Sequence record: SRR31156797_2006
DNA length: 44,014 nucleotides
Strand: one strand, 5' to 3'
Positions 8,458 through 17,122 of this stretch are shown piece after piece. The translations under genes were made by a program, and so were the position numbers. The notes below the pieces were generated by a model. That model did no database searches. It had not been told where the DNA came from and saw only the letters and a program-made list of their open reading frames with translations. The first letter of the stretch is position 1, and the number at the start of each line of letters is the position of its first letter.

Positions 8458-9573
8458 CTATGGGAGACGGTTACTACGGTCTCCCTTTTCTTTTTCGATA
8501 CACTCGAACATCTCTTCATGGTTTTGTGGCGGCTTATGTCGTTGAGGGCGTTCTGCCAGAGTCAGAGCGTTTTGGGGACAGGAGTCGATACAGGCTCCGC
8601 AGCCAAGACAAACCTTTGTGTCCACCCATACCTTAGACTCATCTTCTGTTATTTGAATGCAGCGAGCATTACAGGCATTGATACATTGTCCGCATAGAAT
8701 ACAAGCCTCTTCGTCCAACTGTGCCAGAAATGGAGCCTTCGCAATACCATCGATAAATCCTTTATGCACACCAGACATGAGTTCACAGCAGCAAGAGCAG
8801 CAGTTGCAGATGAATGAGGGCTCTTCCCGAATATTGTCTGTGATATGGGTTAAGTTAAAACTGCGGGCGGTGTCGAGAATGGCCAGCAGTTCCTCTGTGC
8901 TTTTCTTTTCCATAAAGCCGCGACGTACCAAAAAACGTGCACCATCTCCAAGGGCGATACAGATTCCTTCCACCGGTGCATTTTTGGAGCAGGGTTGCTC
9001 TAAGTGTTCTTTTTGGTGGCGGCAAAAACACAAACCTGCTGCGCCGAATTCGGCATTTTTAACAATACGTCTAGCGTCTTCCCAAGGAGTTACCCGTGAG
9101 GAGGTTGGGATTTTATCTTCGTAGGTGAGGGCTCGTGTGAGTTGGGTCTCGGAACCGAAAAGTTCTTTTGCCTGCCCCACATCAAAAAGGTATTCACGCA
9201 TCAGTTGCGCTACCTCGGCCATGGGAAGGTCTGTACGTTTTTTCATGAACGTGTACTCAAAGAAGCCGATTATTCCGGGCAACAGAAGCCAATAAGTGGT
9301 GTCACTGCACGGCATGTCCATAAGCAACCCTTTGTCAGCCATTTGTTCCAAGTGTTTTTGCAACTCTTCGGAGTTGATACCTGTTGCCGAAACCAACTCA
9401 TCAAGGGTTGCTTCCTCAAGAGGGAAACGCGAAGCAATAAAGGCTTCCTGTTCACTAAACAGTAAGGCGAGGATTTCACGTAATTTTTCATGATCTACTA
9501 GACCTACGGGGTATTGGTTGAGGCGATCAATCAAGGGGATTAAATGTGATTTTCCCGATATTAAGTGACCCAT
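8458..9573 (-). CDS. 4Fe-4S dicluster-domain iron-sulfur protein with an N-terminal winged-helix-like region
   Basis: CILCGQCINAC and CLGCGACIDSCP ferredoxin motifs, plus CFCR..C..C and ICNCCSCCC clusters. Confidence 0.85.
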   Translation of the reverse strand: MGHLISGKSHLIPLIDRLNQYPVGLVDHEKLREILALLFSEQEAFIASRFPLEEATLDELVSATGINSEELQKHLEQMADKGLLMDMPCSDTTYWLLLPGIIGFFEYTFMKKRTDLPMAEVAQLMREYLFDVGQAKELFGSETQLTRALTYEDKIPTSSRVTPWEDARRIVKNAEFGAAGLCFCRHQKEHLEQPCSKNAPVEGICIALGDGARFLVRRGFMEKKSTEELLAILDTARSFNLTHITDNIREEPSFICNCCSCCCELMSGVHKGFIDGIAKAPFLAQLDEEACILCGQCINACNARCIQITEDESKVWVDTKVCLGCGACIDSCPQNALTLAERPQRHKPPQNHEEMFECIEKEKGDRSNRLP

Positions 9574-9695
9574 AAAAGGCTCCTTGGAGTATTAAAAATA
9601 GAGATATGGCCTGTTGATATTGAAGAGTCTATGTGTCTACCACTTCAGCTAAACATTATGTAGACCCGTGGTTTCCGATTTGCTTGTATACGAAA

Positions 9696-9727
9696 AAAGG
9701 ACTTAAGAATTTCTTCTTAAGTCCTTG
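9696..9727 (-). terminator. Hairpin/terminator downstream of tRNA-Val
   Basis: AAGGACTTAAGAA..TTCTTAAGTCCTT inverted repeat followed by a T-run on the minus strand. Confidence 0.75.
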
Positions 9728-9734
9728 AATCTTC

Positions 9735-9809
9735 TGGTAGGAACGAGCAGCTTTGAACTGCTGACCCCTTGCATGTCAAGCAAGTGCTCTACCCCTGAGC
9801 TACGCTCCT
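9735..9809 (-). tRNA. tRNA-Val (anticodon GAC)
   Basis: Reverse complement AGGAGCGTAGCTCAGGGGTAGAGCACTTGCTTGACATGCAAGGGGTCAGCAGTTCAAAGCTGCTCGTTCCTACCA folds as a cloverleaf; anticodon loop TTGACAT; encoded CCA. Confidence 0.96.
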
Positions 9810-9842
9810 ATTTTGTGTGCCGACTCGCTGTCGACGAAGAAG

Positions 9843-9871
9843 GTTCTACGTAAGAGGGCCTCTGCTGTCAA
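9843..9871 (-). promoter_or_regulatory. Sigma70 promoter of tRNA-Val
   Basis: TTGACA-17 nt-TAGAAC on the minus strand, about 33 nt upstream of the tRNA. Confidence 0.65.
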
Positions 9872-10057
9872 GCAGGTTTTTTAAGTTTTTGCATGATTCT
9901 ATCTCTTTTTCTGAATAATCAGGTGCTTGAGTGGGCTGGATGCGCTGCCGGGGGGCCTATTTTAGTAGATATTTCAATTAATAAATTATGATTATCAGGA
10001 AGATATTTGCTTGTTTAGGCTTTTCTAAGAGATAGCTCTCTGATACTAGTTTTTTCT

Positions 10058-10462
10058 ATGAGCGTGCAGAGTGAAGAAAAAATTTATAAGATCGGGCAGG
10101 CGGCCAAGCTTGTGGGCCTGAAATCGTACGTGTTGCGGTTTTGGGAGGGCGAGTTTGAACAGCTGGAACCGATTCGTACGGAATCCGGCCAACGTTTGTA
10201 CAACGATGAGCACATTGCGTTGATCAGTCGGATCAAGACTTTGCTGCACGATGAGGGCTTGACCATTGAAGGTGCTCGTAAGAGGCTTGATTCCCCGGAC
10301 GAGGTGTCTGGAGAAGTCTTTCTGGACACTGGGGCTCTAGCTTCAGATGCCGTATCCCAAATGCCCTTGTTCAGCCACGATGAATCTCAGGGAGCGCAGG
10401 ATAAAGAAATATTGCGTGAAATTAGAGATGAGTTGCTGGAAATTAAGGATTTATTGAAGTAG
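10058..10462 (+). CDS. MerR-family transcriptional regulator (no metal-binding Cys)
   Basis: YKIGQAAKLVGLKSYVLRFWE..F..L.P.RT.SGQRLY and LLHDEGLTIEGARKRL. Confidence 0.92.
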   Translation: MSVQSEEKIYKIGQAAKLVGLKSYVLRFWEGEFEQLEPIRTESGQRLYNDEHIALISRIKTLLHDEGLTIEGARKRLDSPDEVSGEVFLDTGALASDAVSQMPLFSHDESQGAQDKEILREIRDELLEIKDLLK

Positions 10463-10477
10463 TTATAACTGTTGTTT

Positions 10478-10529
10478 TAAAGAAGAAGGGGAAGAATCGA
10501 ACTTATCGACTCTTCCCCTTCTTCTTTTT
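10478..10529. terminator. Bidirectional terminator
   Basis: AAAGAAGAAGGGGAAGA..TCTTCCCCTTCTTCTTT long stem between convergent genes. Confidence 0.8.
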
Positions 10530-11335
10530 TATTGCATCGGAAATTTACGGGTGTCCCGTGAATGCAGGTAGAGGCAGAAGGCCACAAAGGCAGCCAGAAA
10601 TCCGGGCAGCATTGGTTCCCACGGTATTTTATGGAAAACAGGGATGACCATTGATGCCCCGTAGAGGGTGGCAAAGCAGGATATAAAAGCAAGATAGAAA
10701 GATCTTGATAGTGCTCCGGCTGCGGCAATGGCGATTCCTGTCCAGAAGACTTCTTCCGGTACAACGTGGGGGTTCAGTGTGTAGACCTTCCATGAAAGAA
10801 GCATAGTCCCGCCGGCGATAAGTGCCTCAAGGATCGGTGAGTATTTGTTTTGATCCATAAGGTGCATGGTCGCGCGCGGGAGCAAAAAACAGGAATAGAC
10901 ACACAGCCCCAGTGATAGGGGGAAGATGTAGAAAAATGCTTCGGTCATATAGGCCGGATTGGGGTCAGGGTTGAGCATGTTGGGCAGGAAACCCTGATAG
11001 TGGGCGTAAAACATAAAAGCCCCGATGAGTACGGCAATGCTTGGCCAGAGGATGGTTCCGGAAACTTTCCTATGCGGCTTAAGATTGAACTTCCTTGCAA
11101 TAATGAGCGGTATTATCGCTCCGAATACAGCCATATGTCCAAGGCAGAAGTAGAGCAGGGTGGTATCGCTCATTTTGCGAGCGAATCTACTCCCGACCAT
11201 TCTGGGCCAGTCAGAATTAATCAGGTGGTCCAGAAGGCCCGGTAATTTAACCATTGTCACTAAATATAATGCATAGGCGGCTAAGCTCGCCAGAAGTAGG
11301 TACCTCTTATTTTCCATGAGCATTATTTGCCTCAT
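10529..11335 (-). CDS. Hypothetical integral membrane protein (about 8 TM segments)
   Basis: 268-aa ORF with repeated hydrophobic segments; the start may be 11317. Confidence 0.7.
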   Translation of the reverse strand: MRQIMLMENKRYLLLASLAAYALYLVTMVKLPGLLDHLINSDWPRMVGSRFARKMSDTTLLYFCLGHMAVFGAIIPLIIARKFNLKPHRKVSGTILWPSIAVLIGAFMFYAHYQGFLPNMLNPDPNPAYMTEAFFYIFPLSLGLCVYSCFLLPRATMHLMDQNKYSPILEALIAGGTMLLSWKVYTLNPHVVPEEVFWTGIAIAAAGALSRSFYLAFISCFATLYGASMVIPVFHKIPWEPMLPGFLAAFVAFCLYLHSRDTRKFPMQ

Positions 11336-11518
11336 TCTAAGACTCTTGGCAAATCCTTCTTGGAATTTATTTCACGGAACAAGTCGGGCAAATAGCTTTT
11401 CATATTTAATAGTTTGATTTTATTTCTTGAGAAGATATAATTTGATGTGCATTTAATGACAAAAGAGTTTGTTTTTATAAACACTGTCCATAGCCAGCGC
11501 TAAACGGAGAGTTTGATA

Positions 11519-13684
11519 ATGAGTAAAGCAGTTAAAATTATTGTTGCAGCAGTGGCGGGACTGGTCCTGATCGTGGGCGTGGCGATGGTTCTTGCCGTAA
11601 TCCTGGTTAATCCCAATGATTACAAAGGTGAGATCGCAGACGCTGTGCGTGATAAGACCGGGCGTGAACTTGTTTTTGGTGGTGATCTTGAGCTTTCGGT
11701 TTTTCCGTGGATTGGGGTTAAGACCGGAGGGATTTCTCTTTCCAATGCTGCCGGATTTTCAGAGAAAAATATGTTCAGTCTTAAATCTGCAGATGTAAGC
11801 CTCAAGCTCTTACCATTGTTTACCGGTAGGGTTGAGCTTAAAAATGTTGATGTTGCAGACTTGCAGTTGTTTTTGATGCGGAACAAGGACGGAGTCACCA
11901 ACTGGGATGATCTGACCGGAGATAAAAAGAGTAAGCCTGAAGTGGATAAACCGTCACCTTCCGGTACATCGGAACTGAATCTTTCCGTTGGCGGGGTGAA
12001 TATCCAGAATGCCCGCGTGGTCTGGGATGATCGCAAGGATAATGTCCGGCAGGCAGTGGATGACTGTGATATCGTTGTCGAAGGTTTCGCTCCGGGCAGT
12101 CCTTTTAATTTCAATGTTCATGTGGTTCTTTCCTCCACTAAACCTGAGGTTAATGCTGATCTCAATACTACTGGACAAGCTTCCATTTCTGCGGACTTTA
12201 AGCAGCTCAGCGTAAAAGGTTTGAGTGTCGTGGTGGATGCCAGTGGTAAGGCTGTTCCCGGAGGTAAGGGACAGGTTAAACTTTCCGGTGATGCAGCACT
12301 TGATATGATTAAGGGGAGTGCCGATGTGACTGGGCTGGTGCTTGAGGCCTATGCTCTGAAGGCTCAGGGGTCACTTGCCGCTTCGGGCTTAAATTCCAAA
12401 TCCATTAATTTTTCGGGCGATATGAGTGTCCCCAGTTTTAATTTAAAGGATACGCTGGATAAAATGGGTATGGGGTTGAAAACCGCAGACAGCAAAGCTC
12501 TTACTTCAGTGGGTATGAATTTTAATTATACAGGCACGACTAATTCTGTTGAAATAAAAGATTTGCAGGTGAATCTTGATGAAACCACCATCAAGGGATT
12601 GTTCTCACTTGCCAATCCGGAGCGGCCCGATATCGTGGCTCAACTCGGTATTGATAAGATCAATGTGGATAACTACCTGCCTCCTGCCGCAGAGAAAAAG
12701 GTTGAGAAAAAAGAGGAAAAACCTGCTGAAAAGAAAGAATCCAAAGAGGAGCTTATTCCTGTGGAGCTGTTGCGTAAGCTTACCCTTAAAGCAGACCTGA
12801 ACATAAAACAGCTTATAGCCAAGAAAGCCAAAGTAACCGATATCGTGGTTCGTGCCCGTGCCAAGGACGGAGTGCTGACCGTGAAACCAGCCTCGTTTAA
12901 TGTAGCCAAGGGCGCCTTTACTTCTGCAGCAGTTGTGGATGTGCGCGGTAAGAGTCCTCTTATGTCAGTGACAGCAGGACTGACCGGATTGGATGGTGCA
13001 GACCTTTCGCAGCAGATGACCGGTGAGGACAAATTCTCCGGACAGATGAGTTTTAATACCGGGCTGAAAACACGTGGTAACGATATGAAAAACGTCTATG
13101 CCAATCTTAACGGCAATCTCGGGTTCAAGGTCCTGAACGGTTATGTTTCTGGTTTTGACCTTCTCTATCTTGCGGGTGATGCTTTCTCCGTTCTGACCGG
13201 AGGAGCTTTTGGCAAGCGGGACAGCAAGCGCACTGAGTTTGGTGAGGTTTCCGCTACTGCCAATATCAAAAACGGCGTTGCTGATAACCGTGACTTGTTG
13301 CTTAAATCTCCGCTGTTGCGTGCTTCCGGGGCCGGAAAGGTTAACCTGAATACCATGAAGATTGATTACGAATTGTACGCAAAAGTGGTAGGAACCCTTG
13401 AAGGACAGGGTGGTAAGGGCATGAAAGATCTCGTAGGTCTGACCGTTCCTATGACTATCACAGGCGATGTTGCCGATCCTTCTGTTATGGTTGATCTGCC
13501 TAGTTTTGCAGCCATTCTGGCTAAGTCTGGCTTCAAGGTTGTGGGCAGCGTGATTGAAGGTGTGGGAGATGTTCTTGAGGGGATCGGCGATACCTTCAGT
13601 GGTAAGAAAAAGTCCGGTTCAGATGACGACACCAAAAAGAATCCTGTTCAGGAACTTGGTGGAGCGATTAAAAAGTTATTCTAA
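11519..13684 (+). CDS. asmA: AsmA family protein
   Basis: N-terminal TM, then VNPNDYK.EI...V...TGREL...GDL.LSVFPWIG and NWDDL; C-terminal SPLLRASGAGKVNL..P.TITG....PS. ATG at 11519 fits the GGAG RBS. Confidence 0.9.
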   Translation: MSKAVKIIVAAVAGLVLIVGVAMVLAVILVNPNDYKGEIADAVRDKTGRELVFGGDLELSVFPWIGVKTGGISLSNAAGFSEKNMFSLKSADVSLKLLPLFTGRVELKNVDVADLQLFLMRNKDGVTNWDDLTGDKKSKPEVDKPSPSGTSELNLSVGGVNIQNARVVWDDRKDNVRQAVDDCDIVVEGFAPGSPFNFNVHVVLSSTKPEVNADLNTTGQASISADFKQLSVKGLSVVVDASGKAVPGGKGQVKLSGDAALDMIKGSADVTGLVLEAYALKAQGSLAASGLNSKSINFSGDMSVPSFNLKDTLDKMGMGLKTADSKALTSVGMNFNYTGTTNSVEIKDLQVNLDETTIKGLFSLANPERPDIVAQLGIDKINVDNYLPPAAEKKVEKKEEKPAEKKESKEELIPVELLRKLTLKADLNIKQLIAKKAKVTDIVVRARAKDGVLTVKPASFNVAKGAFTSAAVVDVRGKSPLMSVTAGLTGLDGADLSQQMTGEDKFSGQMSFNTGLKTRGNDMKNVYANLNGNLGFKVLNGYVSGFDLLYLAGDAFSVLTGGAFGKRDSKRTEFGEVSATANIKNGVADNRDLLLKSPLLRASGAGKVNLNTMKIDYELYAKVVGTLEGQGGKGMKDLVGLTVPMTITGDVADPSVMVDLPSFAAILAKSGFKVVGSVIEGVGDVLEGIGDTFSGKKKSGSDDDTKKNPVQELGGAIKKLF

Positions 13685-13715
13685 TTACTAAATATTAACT
13701 CATAGTTAATCGTTA

Positions 13716-13754
13716 AGACGGGGCGACCTTTATTAGGTCGCTCCGTTTCTTTTT
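13716..13754 (+). terminator. Intrinsic terminator after asmA
   Basis: ACGGGGCGACCT-TTATT-AGGTCGCTCCGT followed by a T-rich tail. Confidence 0.75.
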
Positions 13755-13840
13755 ATATAAACTGACAAGGTCTGGCAGAGGATGTCCTCTTTAAAGTATA
13801 GTCTATATCTAATTAAGTATAGTTATACGGAGCTAGATAA

Positions 13841-14110
13841 ATGAGGGAGAATGTACTCTATGATGTTTTGGTTCGTGAAATGAACCATGTGGAATCCGGA
13901 GTGAAATGCCCGGAAAAGGCGGCTTTGAGTGTGATGAATGAATTTGCTCACGAAAGCGTTTATGTTTCAACTCGATTTTTGAAGCATGCCGGGTTGGCTG
14001 CAAAGGTGGTTCAACTTAAGGATTATGGTGTGGAAACAGCGGATATTGCCGAGCGGCTGGGAATCAGCAAGCGGCATGTGCGCAGGCTCTATGCTTCAAT
14101 GAAGAATTGA
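13841..14110 (+). CDS. Small HTH DNA-binding protein, Mor/C transcription activator-like
   Basis: GGAG RBS; AALSVMNEFAHESVYVS followed by a C-terminal HTH (GVETADIAERLGISKRHVRRL). Confidence 0.6.
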   Translation: MRENVLYDVLVREMNHVESGVKCPEKAALSVMNEFAHESVYVSTRFLKHAGLAAKVVQLKDYGVETADIAERLGISKRHVRRLYASMKN

Positions 14111-14124
14111 TGGGAGGAGAAAGA

Positions 14125-14160
14125 AAAGGGGTCGGATGGTTATCACCCATCCGACCCCTT
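14125..14160. terminator. Terminator between the small HTH gene and tdh
   Basis: AAGGGGTCGGATGG..CCATCCGACCCCTT inverted repeat. Confidence 0.8.
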
Positions 14161-14165
14161 ATAAT

Positions 14166-15203
14166 TTATTTGGTCCAGTCGAGGATTACTTTTCCGGACT
14201 GGCCGCTACGCATCACATCAAAACCTTTTTGAAAATCATCGATTTTAAAGTGGTGGGTAATTGCGGGGTTTACATCAAGGCTGGACTGAAGCATGGAAGC
14301 CATTTTGTACCATGTTTCAAACATTTCACGACCATAGATGCCTTTGAGTTTCAGGCCTTTGAATACAACCTGATTCCAGTCAATGGCGGTGTTGTCCGGG
14401 AGAATTCCCAGCAGGGCGATGTTCCCGCCGTGATTCATCTTATCCAGCATATCACCGAATGCTATGGGGCTGCCGGACATTTCGAGACCCACGTCAAAGC
14501 CTTCGGTCATGCCTAGTTCGGCCATTACGTCTTCAAGTTTTTCTTTGCTGACGTTAACGGTGCGGGTCGCACCCATGCGACCTGCGATTTCAAGGCGGTA
14601 GTCGTTAAGGTCGGTGATAACGATGTGTCTTGCGCCGGCGTGGCGGGCAATAGCTACAGCCATCATGCCGATGGGGCCTGCTCCGGTGATGAGCACGTCT
14701 TCACCCACGAGGTCAAAGGAAAGAGCTGTGTGGGCTGCGTTTCCAAGGGGATCGAGGATGGAAGCCACATCATCAGAGATAGCTTCATTCAGCTTGAAGA
14801 CGTTGGCAGCCGGAACACATACGTATTCTGCAAAGCAGCCGGGTCGGTTAACGCCTACACCGATGGTGTTGCGGCAGAGGTGACGTTTTCCTGCGCGACA
14901 GTTACGGCAGTGTCCGCAGGTGACGTGGCCTTCTGCGGAAACGCGGTCACCAAGGGCCAGTCCTTGAACTTCGCCGCCCATTTTTTCAATGGTACCGACA
15001 AATTCGTGTCCCACGACCATGGGCACGGGGATGGTCTGCTGTGCCCAGCTGTCCCAGTTGTAAATGTGGATATCTGTTCCGCAGATGGCGGTTTTCTTTA
15101 CTTTGATCAGAACATCGTTGTGGCCGCATTCCGGAACCGGAACCTCTTCCATCCAGATGCCTTCTTCGGCCTTGCTCTTAACGAGGGCTTTCATGGTGCT
15201 CAT
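14166..15203 (-). CDS. tdh: L-threonine 3-dehydrogenase
   Basis: [34 protein letters not shown] Zn site, GAGPIG and [14 protein letters not shown]. Confidence 0.97.
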   Translation of the reverse strand: MSTMKALVKSKAEEGIWMEEVPVPECGHNDVLIKVKKTAICGTDIHIYNWDSWAQQTIPVPMVVGHEFVGTIEKMGGEVQGLALGDRVSAEGHVTCGHCRNCRAGKRHLCRNTIGVGVNRPGCFAEYVCVPAANVFKLNEAISDDVASILDPLGNAAHTALSFDLVGEDVLITGAGPIGMMAVAIARHAGARHIVITDLNDYRLEIAGRMGATRTVNVSKEKLEDVMAELGMTEGFDVGLEMSGSPIAFGDMLDKMNHGGNIALLGILPDNTAIDWNQVVFKGLKLKGIYGREMFETWYKMASMLQSSLDVNPAITHHFKIDDFQKGFDVMRSGQSGKVILDWTK

Positions 15204-15221
15204 TCTATTTTGCCTTATATC

Positions 15222-16412
15222 TTATTTGATGATCTCGAGTTCACGGCCGACTTTAATGAATGCATCAACCGCTCTGTTAACCTGTTCCGGGGTGTGTGCT
15301 GCGGACATCTGGGTTCTGATGCGGGCCTGTCCGCGTGGAACTACCGGGAAGCTGAAGCCGATTACGTAAATGCCTTCTTTGAGCAGTCCTGCGGCCATTT
15401 TCTGGGCCAGAACAGCATCGCCGAGCATTACGGGGATAATCGGGTGGTTGCCGGGTACGAGGTCAAATCCGGCTTCTTCCATGCGAGTGCGGAAGATTCT
15501 GCTGTTTTCGTTCAGTCTTTCACGCAGTTCCGGTTTCTCAGCAATCATATCCAGAACAGCAATGGAAGTGGATGCAATGACCGGGGCAAGGGTGTTGGAA
15601 AAGAGGTAAGGGCGGGATCTCTGACGCAGCCATTCAATGATTTCCTTGCGTCCGGAAGTGTAACCGCCAGATGCTCCGCCGAGTGCTTTACCGAGGGTTC
15701 CGGTGATGATGTCTACGCGATCCAGAACGCCACAGTACTCAGGTGTACCGCGACCGTTTTCACCGATGAAGCCTACTGCGTGGGAATCATCAACCATGAC
15801 CAGTGCGCCGTATTTGTCGGCCAGGTCACAGACGGATTTGAGGTCGGCGATGATGCCGTCCATGGAGAAGACACCGTCGGTGACGATCAGTTTGTAACGG
15901 CAGCCTTCAGCAGTTTTGAGCTGTTCTTCAAGGTCGGCCATGTCATTGTTTTTGTAACGGAAGCGTTGAGCCTTGCAGAGACGCACACCGTCAATGATTG
16001 ATGCATGGTTCAGGGAATCGCTGATAACTGCATCTTCTTTGGTGAGGATGGTTTCGAAGAGGCCGCCGTTGGCGTCAAAGCAGGAACTGTAAAGAATTGT
16101 ATCTTCAGTTTTGAGAAATTCGCTGATCTTTTTTTCCAGCGCTTTGTGGACATCCTGCGTTCCGCAAATGAAACGTACTGAAGAGAGTCCGAATCCGTAT
16201 TTATCCAGAGCTTTTTTTCCCGTTTCAATGAGATCGGGGTTATTAGCCAGTCCCAGATAGTTGTTTGCGCAGAAGTTGAGTACTTCCTGACCACCTTTCA
16301 CCGAAATAAGGGCCTGTTGCTGGGATGTTATGATTCTTTCATCTTTGTAAAGACCGTTTGCTTTCAGCTCTTCGGTTTGGGCTGAAAGTGCCTGAAGTAA
16401 ATTATTTTTCAT
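15222..16412 (-). CDS. kbl: Glycine C-acetyltransferase (2-amino-3-ketobutyrate CoA ligase)
   Basis: [41 protein letters not shown] (PLP Lys) and [11 protein letters not shown]. Confidence 0.97.
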   Translation of the reverse strand: MKNNLLQALSAQTEELKANGLYKDERIITSQQQALISVKGGQEVLNFCANNYLGLANNPDLIETGKKALDKYGFGLSSVRFICGTQDVHKALEKKISEFLKTEDTILYSSCFDANGGLFETILTKEDAVISDSLNHASIIDGVRLCKAQRFRYKNNDMADLEEQLKTAEGCRYKLIVTDGVFSMDGIIADLKSVCDLADKYGALVMVDDSHAVGFIGENGRGTPEYCGVLDRVDIITGTLGKALGGASGGYTSGRKEIIEWLRQRSRPYLFSNTLAPVIASTSIAVLDMIAEKPELRERLNENSRIFRTRMEEAGFDLVPGNHPIIPVMLGDAVLAQKMAAGLLKEGIYVIGFSFPVVPRGQARIRTQMSAAHTPEQVNRAVDAFIKVGRELEIIK

Positions 16413-16643
16413 ATACGTTTCTCCCGTCCGTAAATAGTGTTGCTACGCGTTATTTAAAAAACAACATATTAAATTGTGTCAAGCAAAATTTACAGAATAA
16501 ATATTATGCAAAATTTAAAAAACGTTATTGATTTCTAAAAACAAGTCTTTATAATCAGATATTGACGGAATTGTTATTTTTCTCCTATGTATGTTTCGTT
16601 AAATGATAAAAAGTGAATTTATTTTAAGTAAAGGAGATTTCGC

Positions 16644-17105
16644 GTGAAAGAGCGTCCTTTGGTTCTTGATGATGTAGACCGTAAGATTATTGAAGAATTG
16701 CAGCGTAATGGGCGTGAGTCGTACAAAAATATCGCCCGTAAGCTTGGAGTTTCCGATGGAACAGTGCGCCTGCGTACAGAACGGATGATCAAAAATGATT
16801 ATTTGAGAATTACTGCTTCCGTAAATCCTCTTTACTTCGAAAACAGCCTTATCGCCATGGTCGGTATCAACCTTGAAGAAAGAGCTAATCCCGAGATTAT
16901 GGAAAAGATGTCTAAAGTTCCCGGAGTTCAGTCTGTTATGAACGTTTCCGGACGATTTGACCTCCTTGTTGAAGTTTTTGTCTCCTCACGAAATGCTTTT
17001 CGCCAGTTTCTGGTTGATGACTTGTCCAGTGTCGGCGGAGTAAAGTCTACTGAAACTTTCATGTTTCTTGAAGCTGCCAATAAATGGGCAGAACATAAGG
17101 AGTAG
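16644..17105 (+). CDS. Lrp/AsnC family transcriptional regulator, divergent from kbl-tdh
   Basis: LDDVDRKIIEELQRNGRESYKNIARKLGVSDGTVR HTH and VSGRFDLLVEV RAM domain; GTG start after AAGGAG. Confidence 0.93.
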   Translation: MKERPLVLDDVDRKIIEELQRNGRESYKNIARKLGVSDGTVRLRTERMIKNDYLRITASVNPLYFENSLIAMVGINLEERANPEIMEKMSKVPGVQSVMNVSGRFDLLVEVFVSSRNAFRQFLVDDLSSVGGVKSTETFMFLEAANKWAEHKE

Positions 17106-17122
17106 CACTGGCTACTCCTTAA

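Noticed and set aside
9639-9666. Possible dif/Xer site (TTATGTAGACC)
   Set aside because: Only a partial XerD-arm match and no XerC arm at the 6-bp spacing.
12680-12750. K/E-rich repeat-like DNA in asmA
   Set aside because: An ordinary low-complexity linker typical of AsmA proteins, not a DNA repeat array.
14625-16001. 458-aa ORF antisense to tdh/kbl
   Set aside because: Shadow ORF opposite two unambiguous genes; no motifs or RBS; explained by codon bias.
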